A DNA stretch of 64,000 nucleotides from an uncultured Acidobacteriaceae bacterium (GTDB lineage: Bacteria > Acidobacteriota > Terriglobia > Terriglobales > Acidobacteriaceae): contig CAWAPC010000014.1 of NCBI GenBank assembly GCA_963783805.1, positions 97,910 through 161,909 on the forward strand, in the 5' to 3' direction. Positions 55,141 through 64,000 of this stretch are shown here, one piece after another (positions within the stretch are counted from its first letter, which is position 1; each line of letters starts with the position of its first letter). A program made the position numbers and the translations under genes. The notes below the pieces were generated by a model. The model made no database searches. It saw nothing but the letters and a program-made list of their open reading frames with translations, and had not been told where the DNA came from.

Positions 55141-57043
55141 ATGGTCTTTAGCAGTTTCATGGTGAGCTGCATGCTTGTGTCTGTAGCGGCCACGCAACAG
55201 GCCCCGCAGACACCGCTTGCTGCCACAGCTCTCGCGAACGCACCCTCACCTTCGCCCTCGCTGAAGCAGAACGCGGGGAACGCGCCAGTTGGCCCGCAGG
55301 ACGGACGGCTCTACTTAAGCCTGCATCAGGCCATCGACATGGCGATCAAAAACAACCTTGACATCGAGATCGAAAAGGTCGATCAAACGATTGCAGACCA
55401 GAGCGTTCCGTTGGCAAAGGGTGGCGGGCTGCCGCGCGCGATTAACTACACAGTGGCGGATACGCCGCCGTGGCGAAGCACCTGTCGCAGTGCCCTTGCT
55501 CAGCTTTTCCTCACCCGGTCTCTCGCCGTTAAGCGTGGACCCGATTACTTCGACCGTGTCCTCGTCCTACAATACAAGCCGCGTGCTGGAGGGGTCACAC
55601 TCCTTATCTCTCAGTCCAACTCCGTATTCCGGCGGATCACCGGTGCCCGGCTTCGACGCGCAGCTGCTGGGCCGGTACGGGTGGCTGCGGCGGAACCCGG
55701 CAGTCTCGCTCCTCACGCTTCCCGCCGGTACGGCGACACAGGCCGATACGGTGGTAACCGACAATACCCTTGGCGACACCCTCCTGACTAAGGGCTTCAG
55801 CCCGGGGACGACGATTCAGCTGGGCGTCAACGACTTCGTGCAGAGCTTCTACTCGGGTCGCTCCAGCGCCGTTCCGTTCTCTCACCCCAACGCCTATGCT
55901 CTCATCGCGCAACCGCTCTTGCGCGGGGCCGGCCAAGCGAACAACACCCGTTATATCGCCATTGCGAAGACGAACAAGAAGATCTCCGCGGCGGTGCTGG
56001 AGCAGCAGATGATCAGCACGATTGCCGGAGTAGAAAACCTGTACATCGACCTGGTGAGCCTGCAGGATTCGGTCAAGGTGCAGGAGCAGGCGCTGAACGC
56101 GGCCGAGTTGCTGTTGCATAACGACCAGGAGCAGCTGAACGTGGGACGCCTGCCACCCATTGAGGTAGCACGGGCGCAGTCACTCGTGACGAGCAACCAA
56201 CTACTCCTCACCCAGGCGATTTCTCTACGAGACCAGCAGCAGGTAATTCTGCGAACGCTGCTCGATCCGCAGTCGCTCACGAGCACGCCGGGCAGGACGC
56301 CCGAAATCGTGGCGACCGACCCGCTCTTGCCTCCAGAGGCCGAGCCGCCGGCGCCGCTTCCCGAGCTGATCAAGGGCGCGTGGGAGAGGCGCCCCGACGT
56401 TCAACAGGCGCGCTTGCAGCTGACCAACGGCGAGCGGCAGGTTGCGAGCGCCGCCAATGCCACGAAGCCTGAGATCGATCTCTATGGAAGCTATCAGAGC
56501 CGAGGGGTCGTGATCCCCGGATTGACCGCGATCGGTGGGGACCCCTTGACGGGCAATGCGACTACCGACCCCGTTCCGACCGGAGGCAACCGCTCCTCGA
56601 CGTTGTATGAGGCTGGGGTCCAGTTCTTCCTGCCGGTGCAAAACCGCGTGGCGGAGGCGAATCTTGGAGCAGACAAGGCGCTGTTAAGGCAGCAGCAGAT
56701 GGGAGTGACGAAACTGGAGTCGCAGGTAGCTGCTGAGGTGCAGAACGCGATTACGGCCCTCCACGCCGCCCAAAGCGCTGCCGATGCCGCCACAAAAGCG
56801 CGAGAGTTGCAGGCGAAGCTTCTCGCCGCGGCTCAGGAAAGCTTCCAGGCAGGTTACACGACCAACCTCGCAGTCATTGAACAGCAGACTTATCTCGCTC
56901 AGGCGCAGACCACGGAGGTCATAGCCAAGGCAGCGTGGCTGAAGGCCGCGGCCCAGTTAGACAGGGTATTGGGGCAAACACTCGAAAAGAGCGGCATTTC
57001 GCTCAAAACAGATCCGGAAGGGGGTCGCTCGCCACAGCATTGA
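55141..57043 (+). CDS. TolC-family outer membrane efflux protein, frameshifted near 55470
   Basis: LSLHQAIDMAIKNNLD, QPLLRG, RPDVQQA, coiled-coil repeats; start uncertain. Confidence 0.82.
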
Positions 57044-57153
57044 TCGGTTACTGTAGCGACCAGAATCTCGCAAGCAGGTTCATGCACCCTGGGAGAGATG
57101 ATTGAGAGCCTGGGCCGCGGTATGATTATCCCTCTCCTTTTGACCAAAGGTCG

Positions 57154-58126
57154 TCAGATTGTGAGAACGACCCTGCCGAAGGGGCGGCCCTCTACGAGAT
57201 AACGCAGAGCCTCAGCCGCTTCTGCGAGAGGAAAGGTCTTAGCCACGATCGGTTTGATCGCGCCGGATTGAAGCAGAGAGACAATAGCCTTCCAAGCGTC
57301 AGTAATGGTCGCCTGCGGCTGACGGAACATATTGAGACTCCGGATGCTGGCTTGCGGCACGATGAGATCTGTCACGTCAATGGTCGTCGTTACGGCTTGC
57401 GGAATATCCTAGTGTTGTGAGGCTGCCTCCCAATGCGAGCGCTTTGAGCGCGTCGCTCAAGACTTCACCACCGATCCCGTCGATGACAATATCCGCGCCG
57501 TAACCGTCGGTGATACGACGCACGCCGTCGCCCAGCTTTTCCAAGGATGTATCGATGACCTCATTGAATCCGAGCGCCTTTGCTTGCTCGGCTTTCGCAT
57601 GGTTGGTTGTGCTCGATATGGCGTGTTTTGCGCCCAGAGCGCGCGCCAATTGCGTCACCGCGTTGCCGACCGATCCCCCGATCGCCGGCGCCAGAACGGT
57701 TTTGCCTGCGCGAAAACCAGCCAGAGTAAGAGCCACCTGCGCGGTGAGATACGCGACCGGAATGCCTGCAGCGCTCACGTCATCGACACCGTCAGGTATC
57801 AGGCAGAGGTCTTCCTTCCGTACAGCGATCCACTCGCTGTAGGTTCCATCCTCAAAGGCGCCATAGGTGCCCCAGAACATCACGCGTGAGCCGGCAGGAA
57901 AGTCCGTTCCGCCTCCCGCCTCCACCACGCCTGCTCCTTCATTGCCCAGGACTAACGGCACCTTCGTGGTGTGAAAATTGCCGGAGAGAATCGTATGGTC
58001 GAGCGGCGTGACGCCGGCTGCCGTGATTCGCACCAGTACCTTCCCGTCTGTGACCGTTGGTTTTGGAAGATCGACCAGCCTTAACGCTTCATAACCGCTA
58101 AATTGCTCCGCTCTCATTGCACGCAT
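57154..58126 (-). CDS. MDR-family quinone oxidoreductase, one frameshift near 57390
   Basis: PLVLGNEGAG, GIPVAYLTA, GGSVG, FPLAEAAEA, GRVVL. Confidence 0.85.
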
Positions 58127-58235
58127 ATTGGTTCTCCCTTTTCTCATGTCACTCCAGGCCTGCGCCGCCAGGCCGCAAGCCGGAGATTGTTAATGTCTGT
58201 CCGTCATTCTTCGATGAGTGATGTTTCGCTCGTAT

Positions 58236-58637
58236 TTACTTCGAGAACGAATCGCCGAACATCGGATTCCCGCTCTTGGACTGTTGACTCGTAGCCTCGT
58301 CCTGAATGACATCCCAGTGCTCGACGAGAATCCCATCGTTCAAGCGAACGATGTCCGCTGCGATCCAGTTCACCGGCAGTCCGATGTTGGAGAACCGACC
58401 ATGCACGATTACGTAATCACCTTCCGCAAGAATCACCCCGGGCTCATACTTGAGCGACGGCGGCGCTGCCTTGATGAGGTTGAAGAGCCCGTCTCGTCCC
58501 GGCTCGATATGGGCGCTGTGTTGGACGTAGTTGGGAGACCAAAACCGCTCCGCCGCCGTGTAGTCTCGTTGATTGAACAGCGTATCGAATGCCTTCAGTA
58601 CGATCGCCTTATTCTTCTTCGCATTTAGATCGCTCAT
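58236..58637 (-). CDS. SnoaL-like/NTF2-family protein
   Basis: YVQHSAHIEPGRDG, AEGDYVIVH, EHWDVIQ. Confidence 0.88.
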   Translation of the reverse strand: MSDLNAKKNKAIVLKAFDTLFNQRDYTAAERFWSPNYVQHSAHIEPGRDGLFNLIKAAPPSLKYEPGVILAEGDYVIVHGRFSNIGLPVNWIAADIVRLNDGILVEHWDVIQDEATSQQSKSGNPMFGDSFSK

Positions 58638-58725
58638 TGTTCTTCCTTTCTTACAAATCGACGTTTTTGATATGAGCGAGTTCATGAAACCCGTTCAGGT
58701 AGCGCGGCAGCGCAGCGGCTCACGA

Positions 58726-59463
58726 TCAGATTTGCGCTCTGCCGCCATCAACGAACAGCTCGATACCCGTGACGAAACTGGAGTCATCCGACGCCAGAAA
58801 CAACGCCGCCTTGGCAATTTCATCAGGTTCCCCCATGCGTCCCATCGGGATGGTGGACACAATCCGTGCAATGGCGTCTGCAGGTTGCCCATCCACAATT
58901 GGCGTATCGGTTGGACCCGGGCTAACGACGTTTGAGCGAATATGGCGGTCCTTGAGATCTGAGGTCCAGGTCCGGACGAAAGAGCGGAGGGCGGCCTTCG
59001 TTGCGCCGTAGACACCGAAGGCGGGCGTACCCTTGACCCCAGCGACGGAGCCCGTGAGGATAATCGAGCCACCATCCTTCAGCAACGGCAACGCTTTCTG
59101 CACGGTGAACAGCGTTCCCTTGACGTTGATGTTGAAAAGTTTGTCGAAATGCTCCTCAGTGATATTGCCGAGAGGACAAAATTCAGCGATACCGGCATTG
59201 GCGAAGACGATGTCAAGTTTCCCCTTTGCTTTGACTGCATCATAGAGACGATCGAGGTCGGTCAATTTGGAAACGTCTCCCTGAACGCCAGTGACGTTGT
59301 TGCCGATCGCCTTCACGGCCTCATCAAGCTCTTTCTGACGGCGGCCCGTGATGAAGACGCAGGCGCCCTCTTTCACGAAGAGCTTTGCTGCAGCCAACCC
59401 TATCCCGGTTGTGCCACCGGTAATGACTGCTACTTTTCCTTGAAGCTTCTTACTTTCGGACAT
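58726..59463 (-). CDS. Short-chain dehydrogenase/reductase
   Basis: [22 protein letters not shown]. Confidence 0.93.
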   Translation of the reverse strand: MSESKKLQGKVAVITGGTTGIGLAAAKLFVKEGACVFITGRRQKELDEAVKAIGNNVTGVQGDVSKLTDLDRLYDAVKAKGKLDIVFANAGIAEFCPLGNITEEHFDKLFNINVKGTLFTVQKALPLLKDGGSIILTGSVAGVKGTPAFGVYGATKAALRSFVRTWTSDLKDRHIRSNVVSPGPTDTPIVDGQPADAIARIVSTIPMGRMGEPDEIAKAALFLASDDSSFVTGIELFVDGGRAQI

Positions 59464-59548
59464 GGGATGAAATTCTCCTGACTCGCACTTGCTCTTGGTT
59501 GCTCGCCTGATCGATGGACGGAACGTGCTTAGGACAGCACTTCAATGG

Positions 59549-60316
59549 TTAGAGCTTCGACCCGCCATCGACTGGAATACTGGCGCCGGTGATCCAGCGC
59601 GCCTTGTCCGAAGCCAGGAACGCGACCACATCTGCCACGTCCTCCGGCTTGCCGATTCGCTTCAGGGCCTGCATCCCAAGCGTGACCTCGCGTCCCGCTT
59701 CTGTCTTCGTGAAATTCGACATATCCGTGTCGATGACTCCCGGTGCGACGGCATTTACGCGTATGCCGCTCGGCCCGAGAATAGCTGCCCAGTTCTTGAC
59801 CAGAGTCTCGAGTGCGCCCTTGGTAGAGGCGTAGGCAAGAATCGAAGGACCTTCCAAACCGGGCTTGCCCACCACCGTACGGGCTCCGAGAGAAGAGACA
59901 ACAACAATGCTTGAGCCCTCACCAAGAACCGGCAGCAGTTGCTGCACCAGGAAGAACGGGCCTCGGACGTTTGTGGCAAAGAGGTTGTCAAAATCCTCCA
60001 CCGCGTAATCCGCGATGCGTGCCGCCTTGCTGATTCCGGCGTTGAGTACAAGGACATCCAATCGATCGCCGACAATGGAGCGGACCTGCCTGGCAAGGAG
60101 CGAAGCGCCGTCCGGAGTTCCCAGGTCCGCCGTGATTGCATCTGCGCGGCCGCCTTTCGTTTTGAGCTCGGCCACGAGAGATTCCGCTTCCCTTTTGGAG
60201 CGGCCATAGTGAATCAGGACATGCGCCCCGGCCTCAGCAAGGGCCATGGCCGTCGCGCGGCCGATTCCTCTTGAGGCTCCCGTCACAAGCGCAGTTTTGT
60301 TTTGAAGTGTAGTCAT
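59549..60316 (-). CDS. Short-chain dehydrogenase/reductase
   Basis: TGASRGIG, NAG, YASTK, PGVIDT. Confidence 0.93.
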   Translation of the reverse strand: MTTLQNKTALVTGASRGIGRATAMALAEAGAHVLIHYGRSKREAESLVAELKTKGGRADAITADLGTPDGASLLARQVRSIVGDRLDVLVLNAGISKAARIADYAVEDFDNLFATNVRGPFFLVQQLLPVLGEGSSIVVVSSLGARTVVGKPGLEGPSILAYASTKGALETLVKNWAAILGPSGIRVNAVAPGVIDTDMSNFTKTEAGREVTLGMQALKRIGKPEDVADVVAFLASDKARWITGASIPVDGGSKL

Positions 60317-60465
60317 TGTCTTCTCTATCTCCTTTCAGTTGGCGGATAAGACGAGTGAGGCGCCTGCCGTCAATGGGGAGCCGACGCCGTTAGCTCGCCG
60401 GCTCTCAATCACGTCCGTACGGATGCCTCTTTCTTCAGGACAGTGGACTGAATATGTGCGCCGTT

Positions 60466-61206
60466 TCAGGCGTTCGTTCCACCATCGACGGTCAGATTCG
60501 CCCCGGTGATGTACGCGGACTCCGGACCGGCGACGAATGCCACCAGCGCAGCGACCTCATCAACAGACCCATAGCGGTTGAGGGCCGTGGCGGCCTTCTG
60601 AGTCACCGCCCAATCGCCCCCCGCGGGATTCAAATCCGTGTCGATCGGGCCCGGCTGGATGTTGTTGACCGTGATGCCCCGACTCCCGACCTCTCTGGAC
60701 AACCCCTGACTAAACATCTTTACGGCTCCCTTCGTGGCCGAATAGGCTACCAACCCGGGCGTCTGGGCACGCTCGCCCACGCATGAGCCGATCATGATGA
60801 TGCGACCACCGTTCTTGATATGCTTCAGCGCCGCCTGCGTCGCGACCAATGTACCTCGAAAGTTGAGGTTAATCATGTGATCCATCTCTTCCAGCGTGGT
60901 CTCCTCAAACGTCTTCGGAATGGCCGTGCCGGCATTGTTCACCAGTACGTCGAGTCGGCCGAAGGTCGCGACGGTCTTTTCGACGGCGCCCTTGATGGCT
61001 TCGACGTCGGCCGCGTCGGCCTGGATCGCGATAGCCTTTCCGCCATCGCGTTCAATCGCTTTGACAACTGCGGAAGCCGCGCTGGCATCCTTCGCATACG
61101 TAACGGCCACGTTCGCTCCATCCGCGGCCAGACGCTTCGCAATCGCTGCGCCAATACCGCGGGAACCGCCGGTAACGAGTGCCACTTTGCTGGCTAACTT
61201 AGACAT
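60466..61206 (-). CDS. Short-chain dehydrogenase/reductase (BdcA-like)
   Basis: TGGSRGIG, NNAG, YSATK, QPGPIDTDLNP. Confidence 0.93.
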   Translation of the reverse strand: MSKLASKVALVTGGSRGIGAAIAKRLAADGANVAVTYAKDASAASAVVKAIERDGGKAIAIQADAADVEAIKGAVEKTVATFGRLDVLVNNAGTAIPKTFEETTLEEMDHMINLNFRGTLVATQAALKHIKNGGRIIMIGSCVGERAQTPGLVAYSATKGAVKMFSQGLSREVGSRGITVNNIQPGPIDTDLNPAGGDWAVTQKAATALNRYGSVDEVAALVAFVAGPESAYITGANLTVDGGTNA

Positions 61207-61332
61207 AAAATCTCCTTTGACTTTCTGTGAACGATTCCCTGATCCGCTGAAATCCTGCTCGAAACTCTCGGACAGTTCTGAGCCATTCAGTTCTATACGA
61301 TGATGAAGGCGTGGCGAGGATGCAGAGATATT

Positions 61333-61346
61333 GAACTATTTAGTTC
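61333..61346. promoter_or_regulatory. Probable TetR operator
   Basis: Perfect inverted repeat GAACTA-tt-TAGTTC; degenerate second copy GAGCCATTCAGTTC at 61280-61293. Confidence 0.65.
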
Positions 61347-61359
61347 TTTATCGGAGAAT

Positions 61360-61920
61360 ATGTCCATGGGGCGCCCGAAGAACTTTAGCCGAGAGGAAGT
61401 GCTGGAGAAGGCGATGCCTGTCTTCTGGACGCATGGATTTTCGGACACGACTCTTCAGGACCTGGAACGAGCCACAGGCGTGAACAAGTCGGGGCTGTAT
61501 ACAGAGTTCCGAGACAAGGAAGATCTGTTTGTCGCGTGCCTTCGGCAATATCTTGAGAATCAAGGGAAGAGGGGGCTTCTCACCAAAGAGCCTCTTGGCT
61601 GGGTTAACGTCGAGGCTTTTCTCAAGAATGGTCCTCTCAACAAGGGGGAACAGCAGGGGTGTTTCTCCGTCAACTCGATGCGGGAGTTCGCCATCCTTCC
61701 GGACGAGGCTTACGGGGTTGTGACGGAGAATCGGACGCTGTTGCAGCGCCTTCTCGCGATGAACATCGAGGCGGAGAAGACCAAGATGGCTCCTTCCGCA
61801 ATTGCGGAGATGGTGCTGTCCTTCTTCTCCGGATTGTGCATTGAGCGCAACCTCAAATCCGGTAAGGCTTCGTCGACCCGCAAGATCGAAAACTTTATGA
61901 CAGCCCTTCGCAGTCTTTAA
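61360..61920 (+). CDS. TetR/AcrR-family regulator
   Basis: GRPKNF, FWTHGF, TGVNKSGLYTEFRDKEDLF; divergent from the SDR operon. Confidence 0.92.
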   Translation: MSMGRPKNFSREEVLEKAMPVFWTHGFSDTTLQDLERATGVNKSGLYTEFRDKEDLFVACLRQYLENQGKRGLLTKEPLGWVNVEAFLKNGPLNKGEQQGCFSVNSMREFAILPDEAYGVVTENRTLLQRLLAMNIEAEKTKMAPSAIAEMVLSFFSGLCIERNLKSGKASSTRKIENFMTALRSL

Positions 61921-62033
61921 TCGAGCGTCTCTAAATCCGGTCTTACGTGGACCGCGCCGTCTTCTTCGCGAGATTTGCCATTGCCCTTCTTCCTCATTAA
62001 TTAAGGGATTTTCCGAGGATTTCGCCTGCACGG

Positions 62034-62516
62034 TTATTCGCTCTTGTTCTCGCGAAGGATGGCTTTGCGGCCGAAATAGCTAACCAGGTAAAAACATACT
62101 CCCAGGGATATCACGTCCTTGAAAAGGAAGAGGCCCAGCAAACTCATGTACCTGATCCCGTGGACGAGAACAGTTGTACCAGGCGTCGATATCAGCATGG
62201 TGCTGGTTATAAAGAACATAACCGATCCGATAAATCCGCCTACGATACCGGCCTTGGGCTGAAAATGGCCTGCGATCATCAAGAGCGCAGCAGTGATCTC
62301 GGTGAGGCCGATAATGTCGGAACCGACGTAAGGACCGAACAATTTGAAGTGCCACCAAACCAGTGGGCTGTTAGAAACCAGGGGAATGATGCCTTCAGCT
62401 CCTGGAGCGGTCATCTTATAAGCTCCGGCCCAGAGCAGCATAACAATCATGCCGATGCTGATGACTCGGAAAGGGAGATCAATATCATTTGTCCATGCAG
62501 CCAGTTTGGTTAACAT
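62034..62516 (-). CDS. DUF417 (YkgB/RclC-like) membrane protein
   Basis: LWAGAYK..AEGIIPLVSNSPL, IGLTEI, FLFKD. Confidence 0.8.
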   Translation of the reverse strand: MLTKLAAWTNDIDLPFRVISIGMIVMLLWAGAYKMTAPGAEGIIPLVSNSPLVWWHFKLFGPYVGSDIIGLTEITAALLMIAGHFQPKAGIVGGFIGSVMFFITSTMLISTPGTTVLVHGIRYMSLLGLFLFKDVISLGVCFYLVSYFGRKAILRENKSE

Positions 62517-62689
62517 ACCTTTGGCTTCTCCCCGAAAGGCCGGCAGAGGAAGCCAGACTCTCTTTTCTCGCGCCCATTGCTTGGCCCGATGATCCCAGAC
62601 TCATCATTACTTCTCCTTGCTATGGCAGCGGCGGCTGCGCATGGGTAATCTGCCGATAGGCATCCTTTTGATACGCCAGAGATTGCCCG

Positions 62690-63184
62690 TCAGCATAGAG
62701 TAGAAATAAGACCGACCGTCCCTCGTGACCGATTGGAAGTCTCGACAATCCTGTCGGCGACGACGACCTGCACAGTTTTGGGAGCTACGAATCGTCCGGT
62801 TCCCATGATGAACTCCGCGCCTGTTTTCTTGTAGTTCTCCAGATACATCTCATTCAGGCCGCGCACCATCGCGCGTTTGCGCTCACGAACGCCTGACATA
62901 TCAATTGTGAAGCCGTTGTGCGCGATGCCAAACTCCTTGCTGTGACGGAAATACGACGCGACTTTGGCACTGTGGATGATGTTCTTGCTGGGAAGACATG
63001 CGATGTTTGGACACGATCCGCCGATGTATTTGCGGTCGATGGCTGCGACACGCTTTCCTTCTCCGGCAAACGTCCACGCAGCGATCGTTGATCCGGTGCC
63101 GCCACCGAAAATGACGAGATCGAACTCCTCCAGGTCACTGTTCCGCAGCGGCTGAGATGAAGAAGCATATTTTGTGGCGCTCAT
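62690..63184 (-). pseudogene. Truncated pyridine nucleotide-disulfide oxidoreductase (RclA/MerA-like)
   Basis: GGGTG and GGSCPNIACLPSK present; homology stops after ..APKTVQV; NAD-binding and dimerisation domains absent. Confidence 0.8.
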
Positions 63185-63298
63185 TTCTTCTCCTGTTCAA
63201 TACGGTCAATCCCGAAGGCACTTGCTCTCCGGGCAGGACACCAGCGGCTCGATTCCGTGATGGTGTCTGCCCGAAGAATCAGTGAGGCCCTTGTCTTC

Positions 63299-64000
63299 TT
63301 AGGCAGTTTTTCTCATCCGAGCGACCTGTTCGCTCTTGACCTGCTTCGATTTCACTAAATCGGCGGACGACGCTCCTTCGAGCGAAAGCCCATAGCCGAC
63401 TTCCCGAACCACGCGTTCCTTCAACGGCTGGATGAAATGTACGCGTGTGTTGCGGCGTGTAACCTCAGGAGCCTTCAGGTAGAGTGCTGCCAATTCGCGC
63501 GCACGACCGAGCGCCTGGCCGTTCGGCACAACTTCCGCGACCACTCCCCATTCCTGCGCAGTACGCGCCGGGAGTGGCTTCGGATTGAGCAGAAAGGCCT
63601 CGGCACGTCCTGCTCCACCGCGATAACTCCACGTGGTGAAGATGCCGTCGCCAGGCGTAACACCTACGGCGTAGTGCGCCACGTCCTGAAAGGTCGCACC
63701 CTCGCCGGCCACAATGACATTGGCGAGCAGCGCATAATCGGAGTGCACATAGGCGCGTCCCTCGATCGCCGCGATCACCGGCACGCGTATGTTGGCGATG
63801 TTTTCCAAAACCTGAACGCCCTCGTCGTGAACCTGGCTCCAGACTCCGGGATCAGAAACGTCGCCGAAAGATGACCAGTCGACGTCGATAATGAAGTCCC
63901 CACCCGCTCCGGTGAGGATGACGATCTTGTTAGCGCGGTCTTGTCCGATGCGGTAAAACGCATCGACATACTCCGTGTGCCCCTGCGCGCTCATAATGCA
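63299..64000 (-). CDS. Enoyl-CoA hydratase/crotonase-family protein (5' end outside the window)
   Basis: VILTGAG, PVIAAIEG, TPGDG, AQEWGVVAEV. Confidence 0.85.
   Translation of the reverse strand, partial: CIMSAQGHTEYVDAFYRIGQDRANKIVILTGAGGDFIIDVDWSSFGDVSDPGVWSQVHDEGVQVLENIANIRVPVIAAIEGRAYVHSDYALLANVIVAGEGATFQDVAHYAVGVTPGDGIFTTWSYRGGAGRAEAFLLNPKPLPARTAQEWGVVAEVVPNGQALGRARELAALYLKAPEVTRRNTRVHFIQPLKERVVREVGYGLSLEGASSADLVKSKQVKSEQVARMRKTA

Noticed and set aside
50472-55500. Programmed frameshifting or true pseudogenes in the RND operon
   Set aside because: The indels are scattered, lack slippery-site context and leave motifs intact, consistent with sequencing error.
61333-61346. GAAC..GTTC as a LexA box
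   Set aside because: Spacing is N6, and the position between tetR and its divergent operon fits a TetR operator better.

Overview
GC-rich bacterial chromosomal segment. Gene content and intergenic repeats suggest Acidobacteriota (Acidobacteriaceae-like); this is an inference. Positions 1-48 kb are mostly core genome: double-domain thyX, GH78 rhamnosidase, recA, coaD, aminotransferase, pyrH-tsf-rpsB, rpsI-rplM, ABC transporters, PBP1A, S41 protease, tRNA-Met, nonulosonate/bacillosamine-type sugar genes, TPR/FG-GAP/ASPIC protein, amidase, kinase, ypdA-like reductase, fumarase, aspartase and kdsB. Embedded in it are a PIN toxin with an unusual antitoxin and a complete bufferin-like MNIO (DUF692) RiPP cluster. 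Positions 48-64 kb look accessory: GH6 cellulase, a decayed oxalate decarboxylase, an RND efflux operon and a TetR/SDR redox cluster with a deletion-fused rclA-like gene. Many genes are broken by single-base indels that are most likely sequencing errors. Most notable non-annotated signals: a synonymously recoded duplicate of the rpsI 3' end enclosing REP-like repeats (integration scar), a ~50-bp repeat family sitting on gene stop codons, a (TATG)n promoter spacer driving the TA pair, a 39-aa basic sORF and widespread leaderless-type promoters.
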